Below, piece after piece: positions 14,090 to 26,839 of a DNA stretch of 64,000 nt. The first letter of the stretch is position 1. Every line of letters starts with the position of its first letter. The notes beneath the pieces are model-generated. The model saw nothing but the letters and a program-made list of their open reading frames with translations. It did not search any database and was not told the origin of the DNA. The stretch lies in assembly GCF_039654945.1 (NCBI RefSeq), contig NW_027361771.1, positions 2,480,001 to 2,544,000 on the forward strand, given 5' to 3'. The translations under genes and the position numbers were made by a program. This DNA comes from Dendrobates tinctorius. Its lineage: Eukaryota.

Positions 14090-14611
14090 CAGTTGTGTGA
14101 AAAAGTGTTTGCCCCCATCCTTTTTTTCTATTCTTTTGCATGTTTGGCACACTTAAATGTTTCAGATCACCAAACAAATCTAAATATTTGACAAAGATCA
14201 GACAAAATGCAGTTTTTAAATTAAGGTCTTTACTATTAAGGGGAAAAGAAATCCAAACCTACAGGGCCCTGTGTGGAAAAGTGATTGTTCCCTAACCCTA
14301 ATAACTGTTAGGGCCACACTTAGCAGCAATAACTGCAATCAAGCATTTGCGATAACTGGCAATGAGTCTCTTACAACTCTCTGGAAGAATTTTGGCCTGC
14401 TCATGTTTGCAGCATTGTTGTAATTCAGCCACATTGGAGGGTTTCTGAGCATGAACCGCCTTTTTAAGGTCATGCCACAGCATCTCAATTGGATTAAGGC
14501 CAGGACTTTGACTAGGCCACTTCAAAGTCTTAACTTTGTTTCTCTTAAGTGTGACAAACATGCAAAAGAATAAGAAATCGGGAAGGGGCAAACACTTTTT
14601 TCACACAACTG
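14090..14611 (-). mobile_element. Frog Prince-like Tc1 internal-deletion derivative
   Basis: TA|CAGTTGTGTGAAAAAGTGTTTGCCCC TIR at both ends; C-terminal transposase WPSQSPGLNPIEMLWHDLKKAVHAQKPSNV...AAKCGPNSY. Confidence 0.88.
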
Positions 14612-16584
14612 TATAAAACTGGGTTTATTTACTCAGGTTAGTCTGAGCTGCAGTAGAGTGGCGCTGTTTCTGGAATGACAAAGCAGAACCTTTCTAGTAT
14701 CATCCAAGCCACTTAAGTAAATGAACTCTTTTTATACATCACATATGCTCTTCTATAAAGTACGCCTGTCATATGCAAAAGAAGAGCAAATTCATTCAAG
14801 TGGAAAATAAAACGACCCTACCTATGAAGTACAGCAAGCACCATGTCCTTTAACCTTGAAATGACCCATCATTTGTTATCTTGACAAACTGGCTTCAGCA
14901 TTGAAGAGAGAACGTGATTGTGACTAATAATGCCACCAGTGAAGCCATAAGAGACACCTATAAGAGGGCAGGGGCAGTCATACAATAATAGTAAGACGCT
15001 GAGGGGGAGTACATGTGTAATTTTACCCCTGTAGTTTGACCAAAATGTAATAAAGCCATTATATTAAAAGTCTTTAGAAAAAAAAATGTGAAAAGGAAAA
15101 TTCCCATGAGATAGCAGATCTTCCAAGTATTTCACAGTGTTGTGATATCGCAGAATGGCCACAGAGCATTTCTCGGCTATCCCTGTGCTAGAGGCTCACA
15201 GCACCTAATGGAAAGAATGTCTCTTCTATGCAGGAAAAACAATCCCTCCATTGCTGTTATCTCCGATATTTTCTGTCCTGTTTGGCTTGTGGAATGTTGT
15301 TGTGAGTTGGGATTAATGTTCATAACTTAATTGCAGTTAAAGTTGGTTTCGTTAAAAGAAAAAAACCCTTTTCTAACCTTTTATTATGGAATTCTAAGTT
15401 ATTATATTGGGGGAGTCCATCATTTTGGACTTTGATATATTCGCAACTTCATCTGTTGCTCTTGAGCATCCAGCATGTTCTTGCAGTAACTGGACCGGCC
15501 ATAGTATTCAGTATGATCACTGATGGCACTGATTGCTTCTTCTCTGATAATAAAATAATCATTCTATACAAGGGGAAGGTGCAACTTTAAGGTTCTCATT
15601 GGGTTATGTTTTCTTTTATTTAATTGAGATATCCAGATAAAAAAAATGTGTGTTTAAAATGGAAAGATGTACAACATGCTAATATTTTTGAATTAAGAAA
15701 GATTCTCTGATTTCAAGATATCAGGAGCTGGTTATGGGTCAGAGCTCATGAGTGTGAAGGGATTTAGTTGCTAGCTCTTTTTAGTAGCTAAACTAGTCTT
15801 GTCACGTCTAGTAATCAGATGGAGAAGGGGGCTGGCTTAGCTATTAAAATGAGTCAGTGAGTTGGCCCCCTTGATACACATCACTGGTCATTGACTGACA
15901 CAAGAACTTGTGTCGTACCTGACTAAGACATGTAAGACTCAGGATCAGCACTGATATCTTGCAGTCTCACATATTTCTTAGTTGAAGAGAATTGTAAGTT
16001 GTGTGTCTGCAGATTATCTTGCAATACATTAGCAACTGCTTGTGAATATGTGTTGATCGCAACATCAACACGATTGCAACTTGTGCCTGTGTTTACCTGG
16101 GATTCCTTCTGTTATTTGGACTCTCACATACTCCCAAAACGTATTGACAAGTAGATTAACTTTCTAAAGCTGGTTCTAGGCTTCCTGGCCAATACTACCT
16201 GCTAGCTTGTAAAGATTGGCCTCTATAACAAAGCTATTATTATGGATTTCCTGGTTATTACATCAGATGATTGAATGACAGATCATTGTTTGCATGAACG
16301 CGTCCACACATAGCATGCCGATTTGGTATTTCCTGGGCTGTGTTAATGGTAATAGGAGCTGTTGGTGGTCATCATTTTAGCGTTGCTAGGTGCATTGATG
16401 CCAACTGAAGCACAGCACCATAGGGCCCGGAGGAAGTTTAGAGTCAAAAGCCTTGTTTGCTTATGGCTCTGAGCATATTCTGCTATGTGATCATGCTCTT
16501 GGAGAGCTCCCAGTGCGAATATAGTCCTAGGCTCCCACACAGCACCATTATGGTCAAGAGAGTGTGCGAGTTATTGATGAGTAA

Positions 16585-17039
16585 GGGTGCCCTTACACTA
16601 AGTGACGCTCCAGTGATTCAGACAATGATACAACCTGGTAAGGATCGCTGGTGCGTCGCTACATGGTCGCTAGTAAGCTGCCAAACAGGCAGATCTCTTC
16701 AGCGACGCAGCAACGATTCGGCGATCCGTATAACAACCTCGGCGGTCGTTGGTACCTTGTCACGCAGCAGCTATTCTGACGACTCACGCCTGTGTCCATG
16801 AGTTCTGTCGCTAACGAGGTCGCTCATCGGCGTCAAACACAGCGATGTGTGCTGGCCAGCGGGACGCCAACAATCAAAAAATGGCCTAGGACATTAGAGC
16901 ACGATCAGCGATATCCAGCGGGGGGCGGTCGCCGCTGTGTGTCACATGTAGTGAGACCGCTGGCGAGGTCGCTGTTGCGTCTCAAAATCTGTGACGTTTC
17001 AGTGATCTCGCTAACGATCTCGCTATGTGAGACGGGGCC
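16585..17039. mobile_element. Harbinger-type MITE (CGATCGCTG-rich)
   Basis: Imperfect TIRs ggtgcccttacac / tgtgagacggggcc with TAA/TTA flanks. Confidence 0.65.
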
Positions 17040-17383
17040 TTAAAGGTCAGGCCAGATGGCTCTATTGTGATGTGATCTGCCGCAGGTACTATCACTGTTG
17101 CTGGGGTCCGCATGAGTAATGAGGGTAGTGTAGTTAGTTTAGGTTAGAAATACCTCTTGTGCTTGTTATATCTGTGTCTCATATTTGCTTCTCGTTTTCA
17201 TTATCTTTATGTGTATCCCTTTTTGCACCCATTAAAATTCACTCCTTATGTTCTCCATGTGTTTTGAATCTAGTGTGACTGCTGGAAAGTAAAGGCTGAC
17301 GTAAGCATGCTTTCTTTTCTTTTTTTTTTGCAGTTTTCTTTATTTTCTGTCATCATAGATGTGTGCAAGATATTACTTTAGAA

Positions 17384-18579
17384 CAGGGGTACACAAACTG
17401 CGACCCTGGGAGAGGCAACATTGGGCCTGCGATGCCAATTTGTGTGGCCCCATACCAAATGGACACAAAAAATGCTAGTCAGACAGGTTAGCTATATGTG
17501 AGCAGCCACACACAGAAGAGCAGTGGTGGCAGCAGCTGATGAGCAGGGACTGGCAAGTAGTAATGGTGCACCTTGTAGACCTCTCTGGATGCCTCATACC
17601 TCAGGAGAATGGGGTTACTCCTTTCTAGAGTGCCAAACAGGTTATGTGACAAAGATGGGTGCCCTTCTATGTCTGTGGCTGACTCCACTGTAGCTTGTGG
17701 GAGTTCTGAATCAGTAGGCACTAAGCAAAAAACCCTAACAAAAGCCATAAGTATTCATGACTCTTTACTCATTGGGTTATATTCACAACATTTTTTACAA
17801 GGATTTAGTATTGCATTTTCCTGCAAAATATATGCAAAAAATTGCTTCCTATAGAGCTTCCTGTTGATTTTAATGGTAAATGCTCAAAATGACATGAAAA
17901 AAACAGCACTGTGCACCACACAAACTGTTTCCAATTAAAATAAATCCGAATCTTATTCAAAGAGTATTTTTAGAGGGGCATTTTCATCCCCAAAGTGCTA
18001 TCCCAATACATAGTAGGTGTAATAATAGTATTAGTAAATATCTCCAATCAGAAATGTAGTATGTTTTTTGTTATTCGCTATGTCTCTTTCCTCATGTGCA
18101 GGCATTGCAGGACCTAAGGTATCCATGGTTACAACCACTGATATAGTGACAGTTAATTAACTAGTTTATAGTGGTCGTAACCAAGGATACCTAAGGTCCT
18201 GCAATGCCTGCACATGAGGAAAGAAACATAGCTAATCAGAAAAACTATACTACGTTTCTAATTGGCGGTATTTGCTATTATTATTATTACTACAGCTACT
18301 ACATATTGGGATCGGATCTTGGGGGTGGGAACACCCCTTTAAAGCTTTTTCTTGTGTGAATGTCGGTGCAGAAATTGTCTCTCTAAATCATTGCTGATTG
18401 GTGGAGCTAGGACTCCTGTAGGTATGATTTCTGCCTATCCAACACTGATGGCATATACTTTCAATATACCGTAAATATCACAGATAGTAATACCGCCTTT
18501 AATTTTCATTGCGGCACTTGTGGTTGGTTGAGTATGACAATGTGGCCCTTGGGTCAAAAAAAAAGGTTGTGCGCCCCTG
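17384..18579. mobile_element. Non-autonomous hAT-like element containing a T2 MITE
   Basis: TIRs CAGGGGTACACAAACT / AGGTTGTGCGCCCCTG; 8-bp TSD ctttagaa/cttttgaa (1 mismatch). Confidence 0.65.
17974..18338. mobile_element. T2-type palindromic MITE (same family as 60158-60492)
   Basis: AGGGG...CCCCT|TTAA termini; whole element is a hairpin. Confidence 0.8.
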
Positions 18580-20272
18580 CTTTTGAAGTCTATATATTAA
18601 AAAGTCTATGTGCACAACATTGTTTTTTTTGCTTTTCTGGTGTTTGTGGCATTTTTCTCAAACCATGGCAAACTGAGTATGGCATTTGACTTTTTACCAG
18701 AGGTGTCTCAATAAGACTTGAAAAGATTATAGAAAGTTAGTGTAAAAAAAAAAAAGTTATGAAGAAGACTTCACACTTGAGTAGTAAAAACAGTGTGTGT
18801 GTTTAGTTTTCCCACCCCTAAGACTACCCTCTGCAACTTTGTTCAGACTACTACAGTGTTTCTTGGACATTGACTGGGGAGTATAGGTGTTAATAATAAT
18901 GTAGGTAGTGATTAAGGTTCACATGGTGACCTTTATGGCTATGGCCACAATGCAGCCACATTTTGACATCCATATTACAATTGTAAGTCATGGTCTAATC
19001 GCAGCTTTTATGACTCAAACTCCCAGTGTCTCTAAGCATATGTGCACTTGACGTCTTTTTCAGGCGGGTCTGCTTCTAAGCCCTCCCGAAAAAACACTTA
19101 AGAAATGCTAAAAAGAATCAACATATGCACTTCAATGTCAAAATGGCTTGTTGTGCACGCGTTCAATCTTATTGAGCTTCTCTTAACTACCTTAGGCTTT
19201 GAAAGCCGCAAAGCGGTTAAAAAAAATGTGATGTGACCAGTCTTCAGTCATCGTTTGTTTGGAAGCCGCTCATTATTGTATACATAATATTAAAAAATAA
19301 TAAAAAAAAAAATGCTATAAAAGACAATTGATGAAGAACATCACCAGCAGTTTTCTAAAGTGTCTTCTGCTTGAAAAAATGTAATGGGTACGCTGGCATT
19401 TGAAATACGTTTGCACATAATCTTTGGGTTGGTATTCCTACAGCTGTAATATGGATGCTAAGATAGGCCTGTATTATAGTTCCCTTAAAAAAAACTTATG
19501 GAGTTCAGAATTGTATGGAATCATGGGCATTATAAAAATAAATAATAATAATTGTCGTCCTGAAATTTTAAGCAATTCTTACCAACCCAGCCTATGAAGA
19601 ATGCTACTGATTACAAGAGGTATTTTTGAATACAGCCCTTTTGAAAGGGCATCTTCCTTAGGCCTCATGCAGATGTCCATTTTTATCATACGTGTGCTAT
19701 GCTGTTTTTAACAGACAGCACACAGCCATAGATTATAGTGCATGGCTCTTTTCGCATGTCTTTTTTTTTTGTGGACCAATGGAGGTATATTTCCGTTTGC
19801 TGCAATTTGTGGTCCAAACATTTCAATGATCAGGTCAGCAATGTGAACAGAGAGCAGCACACAGATGCCATCACGGTTCCATCTGCTTTGTACCATTTGG
19901 ATCACTAATTGTGACAGCAGACTTCTGAATCATAAAAGCATGCACAAAGCACACTGTCACGATTCCCTAGTAATGAAACATGAGTGCATGTATATGATGT
20001 GCATACATGCACTCATGTGCCGAGTAGTCTCAATGAAAGTGAACTAAGAGAAGCAAAACGCATCTAGTCTGTAAGCGACCACATATACATAAGTCACATA
20101 TGTAGCAAAGTGACCACTCACTTGCTCCTAGGAATCAAAACAGCGTAAGCGCCGCACGCTGTCACAATTATGAGTCTGCAATTACATAGAATTACTGCAG
20201 ACTTTGCCCTCAAGCCTTTAAACAGAGACATTTACAATGTGGCCAAAACTGCACTTTGTGAACAATACTTAA

Positions 20273-20618
20273 AGGTTTTGTCTGAGCATGTAAAAAGCTA
20301 ACGAATGAGTCTAATCTGCGGAGTCTTAACAGTGTGTAATATACTCACGCTTTGGGATTTTGCTCTGTTTCACAGTCCTGGAGGTTGTAACATAACTCAT
20401 TTGTGAGTTGCTTACTGGGATCATTGACGGGAACACAAGAGAAAGTGGTTGGCGGTCAGTCACAAGAGGGCAAATCACATAGCAGCAGTCAAGTGACACC
20501 CTATGGGACTGTGAATCAGAGTGAAATCCTAACAGTGAGTATATTACACACTGTTAGGATTCCGCTTGTTAGATAGACTCTTCTGTTGGATTTTTATATG
20601 GCTCGGACAACATCTTTC
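20273..20618. mobile_element. Degenerate T2-type MITE
   Basis: TTAA|AGGTTTTGTCTGAGC ... GCTCGGACAACATCT; inverted arm aacagtgtgtaatatactcac / gtgagtatattacacactgtt. Confidence 0.65.
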
Positions 20619-21565
20619 TTAAAGTACATTTGTCTGACAGTTCTTTGGCTGAATTAGTTCCTTCTATTAAATCTATCATTTTATTTGTTATTTTTTCAAT
20701 GGTTTTACTGCTTCTGATCAAACAAAAAACCATTAGGATCATGCGCCATCTTTATCTGTTTGTGATCACTATGTTTCTCTCCCTTCTCCTCGGCACCAGT
20801 CTCTTATGTGGCCTTTGATCATCTCCAGCCATTTCTTGCATTGCCCCAGAGGCAGGGCAGGGGGAAAGTAACACCCAAGCTGTTCACATTTAATGAATGA
20901 GTCCTCGCATCTTGTAGCTGACGTTATTAATGGGTGGTGTATGTAACCTATGGGAATGCATCTTGGTTAGTGTAGCCGTCATTAATGCAGCCAGATGGTT
21001 AGTGCGGATGAATAGCAGCACCTGTTACTAGTGACCAGCCCAGCTGCTCCCTCAATGCCCCGCACTGGGCTGCTATTTGTATGGGGGTGCGTCACAATAG
21101 GCTAGCCTGAGTCAGACCTGTGTATTGTGATCACTGAGTCATCCGAAAAATTAAGTTCTGAGATGGTTCTTGGCTCAGCCCTATTGTTATTTCTATAGAG
21201 ATTATACTATAGACACATCCTTGTGAGAATATTTTACGTTTCCCTGCTCTAATGTGCGTAGTAGTAAAATGATGGCCGTGGACCAAACCAAAACTGCAGA
21301 GCCAGGTATGAACAGACTTCATCGTGAGACTCTCAGAATGCTGACTGCCGGGCACCTAGTCTGTAGTCTGCAGAGGGATTCCTTTTCCCACAGTTCTCCT
21401 GCCGATGAAGCTGCATGCTACCCCACAATGCAATAGATAAATAACACCTGGTATGATTTCTATGGAATCTGACAGAACCCCTATTTGCCTCTGTATGGAA
21501 TCAGATGTTTGTAGGCGCCTCCAACGTCAGACAGCCACAATGCAAGATGGTGGTGAGAGGAGTAA

Positions 21566-21911
21566 GGCTGTGTTCACACACAGCGTTTTTTCGGATTTGC
21601 CAAAAAATCAGTGGGAAAAACGCGAAAAATAAGCTTCCCATTCATTTCTATACATTTTCCACTTTTTGTGCACATTGATGCGTTTTTTACCGTGAAAAAA
21701 CCGCATTGCGGTAAAAAAAAAGCAGCAGGCTCATTAATTTCGCGGATTTTTCTGCGTTTCTGATTATTTCCATGTGTTTAGAAAACGCGCAGGAAAAAAC
21801 GCATAAAAACCACGCAAAAATTGCTGTAAAAACGCGCAGAAAAAAAGCGCGGTTTCTGGGAAGGGAGTCAGGTTTTCCAGCAGAAATTTGATGCTACGTG
21901 TGCACTTAGCC
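21566..21911. mobile_element. Harbinger-type MITE
   Basis: TAA|GGCTGTGTTCACACA ... GTGTGCACTTAGCC|TAA. Confidence 0.75.
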
Positions 21912-22350
21912 TAACTGTATTAGACCCGTGCAGGGAATATGCCTGTCCTGAGTGCTCTGCAGGGTACGACAGTGATCATGAGCCGGGGAACCATATGATC
22001 AGTATGACAGAAGTGATGACACATTTTACATTGCATTAGGACTAAATCTGCCCCTGTGTTCTCTCTGGACACACATCAACTTATATGTTCACATGTCCAG
22101 TAATCATCAGTGAGAACCGATCCAGCAGCAATCTCATAAGAAAAAGGTCGTGCAGACACAACTTTATTTTGTCCAGCTAAAAAAAAAAAAAATTCAACTG
22201 GATCAGTTTTTTGTTTTTTTTTAATATTGAAGTCCATAGAAAAGGGTCCTTTAAATAACCATCAGTTTTGTTACATTTGAAATGGATCCAGTGAGCTAAA
22301 AACTGATACTTTTTAAATGAAAAAAAAAACAAAAACTGATGGCTATTTAA

Positions 22351-22810
22351 GGCTAGGTTCACATTAGCGTTTGGGTCCGCAGCGTATCATTCGCATGCAA
22401 AACGCATGTTTACACATTTTTTATACGCATCATCTTACACATGACGGAAAAAATGCTGCGTGTGTGTGCGTTTGCGTTGTTTATGCGCATGCGTTTGATA
22501 TGACACCAGACAAAAATGGGCGTATCTCATGAGATTTTTATATGTGTTTTGAATAACGCATGTCCTTGCTTACCAATGCGATCCCATAGACAGTAATGCG
22601 TTTTTTATTACGCACTCATCCGCATGTGCATGCTTTCCCATATTTGATGGATTTTTGACGCCTCAAAAAATGCAACAGGTTGCGTTTGCTGCTCCCCGCT
22701 GCGCACAGGAAAATGACTCATGGGAACGCATGTCCCTGCGTACACCATGTTAAATATATGGACGCATGCGGATCAAACGCTGCGCACACAGACGCTAATG
22801 TGAAACCAGC
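22351..22810. mobile_element. Harbinger-type MITE (CGCA-rich)
   Basis: TAA|GGCTAGGTTCACATTAGCGT ... ACGCTAATGTGAAACCAGC. Confidence 0.7.
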
Positions 22811-23683
22811 ATACACATCAGTTTCCATAGACTTGAGTGTTACAAAAAGGATTCAGTTGAAATCTGTGTTTTTGTAGCCAAACAAAGGTTTTGTGTCCAC
22901 CACTCTTTTTTGTTACCGGATTGCTGCTGGATCTGTCCTAATGATTACAGAGCCTTAGTTAGGTCTCCTCGGTGCTACAATCCAGTGTTACCTAGAAGTC
23001 ATAACCCCGGAGATCTCGCCCTGTCTGTAGATCGCATCACTTGGGTAGTGAGTGTTGAACAGAGCCCATCATGATGTCACCAGGTGCTAGCTCTGTTTTT
23101 CCAAGGATTCTTGGATAAATAAATAAAAGTTTGGACAGGTTTAGCTCTGCTTCATCTGAACTGCAAGAAGCTTTGTGAAGCTTCTGTGGGAATCTCGCTC
23201 GCTCCATGCTACTGAGCTGGTGTTGTGTCATTGTAACCAGTCGCTCCCAATCCTGATGAACATGTTCATAATCCGAGAGTGTGGAAAGTGCAGAAGTCAG
23301 AAAAGTATGAGAGCGCACACAGCATGTATGTCTTACCCCTGCTCTCAGTCCAGCACTGCTCCGTCACCTCCTGTGGCCCATAGCTGCCTGGTGCTCCCTG
23401 ACAGCTGCCTGTGCCCTTCGCACTGCCTGGCTGCCCTGTTGCCTTAGAGATGGGAGGTTTAGAATTACAGCTCTCCAAAAAGGGGAGGGTAGGAGGCTTA
23501 CCCTGTGTGTGCAAGTGTGGAGCTCCAGGAAAACAGCTGGGACGGTCTGAGGGCTTCAGTCACTGTGACAAGTTTCATCCCAGCCAGGAAATCTTTTCAC
23601 AGTAGGGGATATTGTGCACCCAATCTGTGTGCCCCGTCTACTTTCTACACCTACAGTATCTTTACAGTGTATAACTGGTGATA

Positions 23684-23859
23684 CAGGAAAGATGGATACC
23701 TTTGTACCTTGTTAGCCAGTGGATAGAAAAATATTCAGGATTGAGAGTCCTCAGTAGTTGATACCTTTTAATGGCTAACTGAAAAGATGTGTTACCATCT
23801 TTTCAGTTAGCCATTAAAAGGTATCAACTAATGAGGACTCTCAATTCTGAATATTTTTC
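23684..23859. mobile_element. Short fold-back remnant of the Penelope family at 32706-33634
   Basis: Same terminal sequence (caggaaagatg...gagagtcctcagt.gttgatacc) as an inverted repeat; 12-bp TSD taactggtgata (23672-83 / 23860-71). Confidence 0.8.
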
Positions 23860-24628
23860 TAACTGGTGATAGGAAGTGACATGGCTATGAATGGTTGTAC
23901 CATGTAGATATGTGCCAATTTTGGTGCCAAATATCGATTTAAATGTCCACCAGCTAGGAGATGGTGTAAAAAGTGTTTCCCACATATACGTTTGGAGCAA
24001 TGTACTCCATTTCTCTACACTTTTGAATGCGTTCATCCTGCGACACTACAGATGCATTTTCTCAGTGATTGCTGACACCACCCTGAATTGGGTATGTCGC
24101 CCCCGATCTGATGGCCAAACTAAAGCACACGTTACAATGTAGTTAGTGCTGGTGTACATGTAATGTAGTGGACCTGGGCGGACATATACTGCACGTCACA
24201 CACTGTGATGCACAGACGGGCTCCTTTTCTCTGGGCGGCAGGTTGCACCCATGCCTGCTGCTCGGGGACAGATGTCTCTTGTCTGGGGTTAGATATTACG
24301 CTCTGAAAGATGCTTTTCTTCACTCTGCAAGCTGAGACACAGTGCCACTCCTTCAGCTCAGTGAAAGAAATCTTTGTCATGTAGTAGATGGCAGGCCCGT
24401 CCTAGAGACCAACCAGGCGGCTCCAGCACCGTAATGGAAACTCTACATTCTCTCCAGCGAGGTGATCTACCGAGATATACAAGTGGCTAAGCAGCCCTAT
24501 AGTTATATGCATGTGCTCTTATGGTTCACCCATTATTCAAAGAATCTGAATGTTATAAACCATGACATCATTATATATTATAAAGTATGCCACACATCAA
24601 AAGCTAAGCTGTTGTGCCATCTCCCCAG

Positions 24629-24862
24629 GTGTCGCCATGCTGCCATTGCGTCATATTTTGGTGACGAGAATCCGCTGTGTAACAAATCCTGTGACTTCTG
24701 TAAGAATCCACGTGCAGTCAAACAGCAGGTCGAACATTTGGAAGGATTGCAGCTGAATGGAAGAAGTAGAACCTGCATCCAACATCCTGGCGCTCCATCT
24801 GGACCATTTGGATATGACCGAGAGCTTTATGAAGGGGGAAGGAAAGGGTATGGATTTGCCAG
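24629..24862 (+). CDS. RECQL5: RECQL5 exon, Zn-binding region (CRHAAIASYFGDENPLCNKSCDFC...ELYEGGRKGYGFAR)
   Basis: Matches RECQL5 CRHAAIAKYFGD...CDHC...YEGGRKGY; ctccccag acceptor, AG|gtgagt donor. Confidence 0.96.
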
Positions 24863-24934
24863 GTGAGTGCTATGGTGAAAGGTAAGCTGTAACACTGTTT
24901 AATACTATGACAGAGCTGTATTGGATGGTGCTGA

Positions 24935-25055
24935 GTTTTAAACAGAGGCTGGACAGACATCTGTCTGGGATGATTTAGTGAATCCTGCTTTGAGCAGGGG
25001 GTTGGACCAGATGGCCCAGGAGGTCCCTTCCAACTCTACGATTCTATGATTCTAT
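24935..25055 (+). mobile_element. CR1 LINE 3' end
   Basis: ggtcccttccaactctacgattctatgattcta is the typical CR1 3' terminus with ATTCTRTG repeats. Confidence 0.8.
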
Positions 25056-25259
25056 CTGGCACTTATTAGACCTGTTTTCCCCAACCAAGATCGCATATAC
25101 AGCTGCACATGGCTTCCCCTTGCTCTTGAAAGATGCAGATATTATTAGGTCAGAAGGTTTCCTGCACAATCATGCCCCTTTCTGCTGACCACACTTGTGG
25201 GTGAATCATGCTCACCCATAGAATTAAAGGTAATCAAAAGTAAAGGCACGTTTCCATTT

Positions 25260-25495
25260 CTACAGATGTAGTAGATGTCACTTGCAGTCCTATTTAACAC
25301 CACGGATAACATTGAGTAGAGATAATGTAGTAGATATTACCTGCAGTCCTATGTAATACCACAGATACCAGTGATGAATCTTTGAGTACAAACTATGTAG
25401 ATGTCAACTGCAGTCCCATGTAATATCACAGATAACACTGATAACGTTGAGTACAGATAATGTAGTAGATGTTACCTACAGTCCTATGTGACACT
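25260..25495. repeat. ~60-65-bp minisatellite (gagtacagataatgtagtagatgttacctgcagtcctatgtaac...)
   Basis: About 4 degenerate tandem copies. Confidence 0.75.
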
Positions 25496-26034
25496 AATAC
25501 TCCTCCCACACAGTGAATCTATAGTGTTAGATGCCAGTTGTTCACATGTGTGCTTTTGACCTGATATGTATAATGTACAAATAAAACCAGTGAGTCACAG
25601 GTGATGATCTTTGTGAGCCTTGTCATTTACTTTAGTTTCTTGTATATTTGGCCCAGACCTCCTTAATAACATGTTCCATCCATGTCTCCTGAATGTAACA
25701 CACAGATATCTTTGGCTCACCACTTCTCCAGGACTCTACCCTATTTTTTCCCACTCCTAAACAAACTATAGTGTGATAACCACCCAAAATGCCCAGGCAA
25801 TAATAATGATAATAATGCCCAACCAGTGACCTACATAAAAAGTACCCTCCTTCTGAGACTCTAACAGTAATATAATAATGCCCATTCTGTGCCTACGTAT
25901 GATAATAGTTCCATCCCTTTATACCGTCACACAGTAATTGTGTCCCTTTTGTGCCTCCACATAATAGATGTCCCCACTCTATGCCTTCCCACAATAGTAG
26001 TGCCTTCTCTTCGCCTGCCCATCCCGCACAGTAA

Positions 26035-26250
26035 GGCCAGGATCAAACTACTGTGTGTGATGTAAGAAACTTGCACGACTCTCTCACATCAACAACAGGC
26101 ACTGCCGCCGGCACTCAGAACCGGAGCTGAAGCTGCCTAGAAATACATGCAGCCGCAGCTCCAGTCCTGAGTGCCGGCGGCAGTGCCGGTCGTTGATGCG
26201 AGAGAGTCGTGCAAGTTTCTCGCATCACACACGGTAGTGTGATCCCGGCC
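26035..26250. mobile_element. Harbinger-type palindromic MITE
   Basis: TAA|GGCCAGGATCA ... TGATCCCGGCC|TAA; whole element is a hairpin. Confidence 0.8.
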
Positions 26251-26839
26251 TAATAGTAATCCCTCTGTGCCTCCACATGGTAACAATGTCCCCACACAGT
26301 AAAATTGCTTACCTTCCTCTTACCAGACTTCTCCACCCCATGGAAGAGTCTTCATGGAGACAGGAGGGAGGAGAGCTGTGTGCAGATGAATGCTCCTCTG
26401 CCTCGTTCCCTCCGAAATCAGGTGTGGCCTTTTTCTCATGCAAAGGCCGCTAATGTTCGCTTCAGTGTCAGCTCTACCTCTCTTGAAACAATGTGTCATA
26501 ATAAGCATTAAATACATGAATATTATTTGATATCTTGCCAATAAACGCTTCGTTACCAAGCAGAGTGCTGTTTTCCTAAAGTATTCTTATTAAAGGGGGG
26601 CATTCAAATCGGCATCCCTGTTTCTCCCGTTTGCCAAATCAGCTGTCATTTAACAAGTGTTTGACAACTGGTGAAACTGGACATATCCTACCACTCTTTA
26701 TCTATGACACCTGTTATAGCATTATTGCCTCTTAGCACTGTGACCAGCATAGTATCATTGACACTTGGCTATACAGTTAGGTCCATGTATATTTGGACAA
26801 CATTTTTCAAATAATTTTGGTTCTAGACATTACCACAAT

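Noticed and set aside
20630-20818. Hydrophobic 62-aa ORF as SMIM6
   Set aside because: TTG start, wrong strand and position relative to the human arrangement; T-rich sequence explains the hydrophobicity
24132-24380. 82-aa minus-strand ORF as a nested gene
   Set aside because: No recognisable homology or splice support
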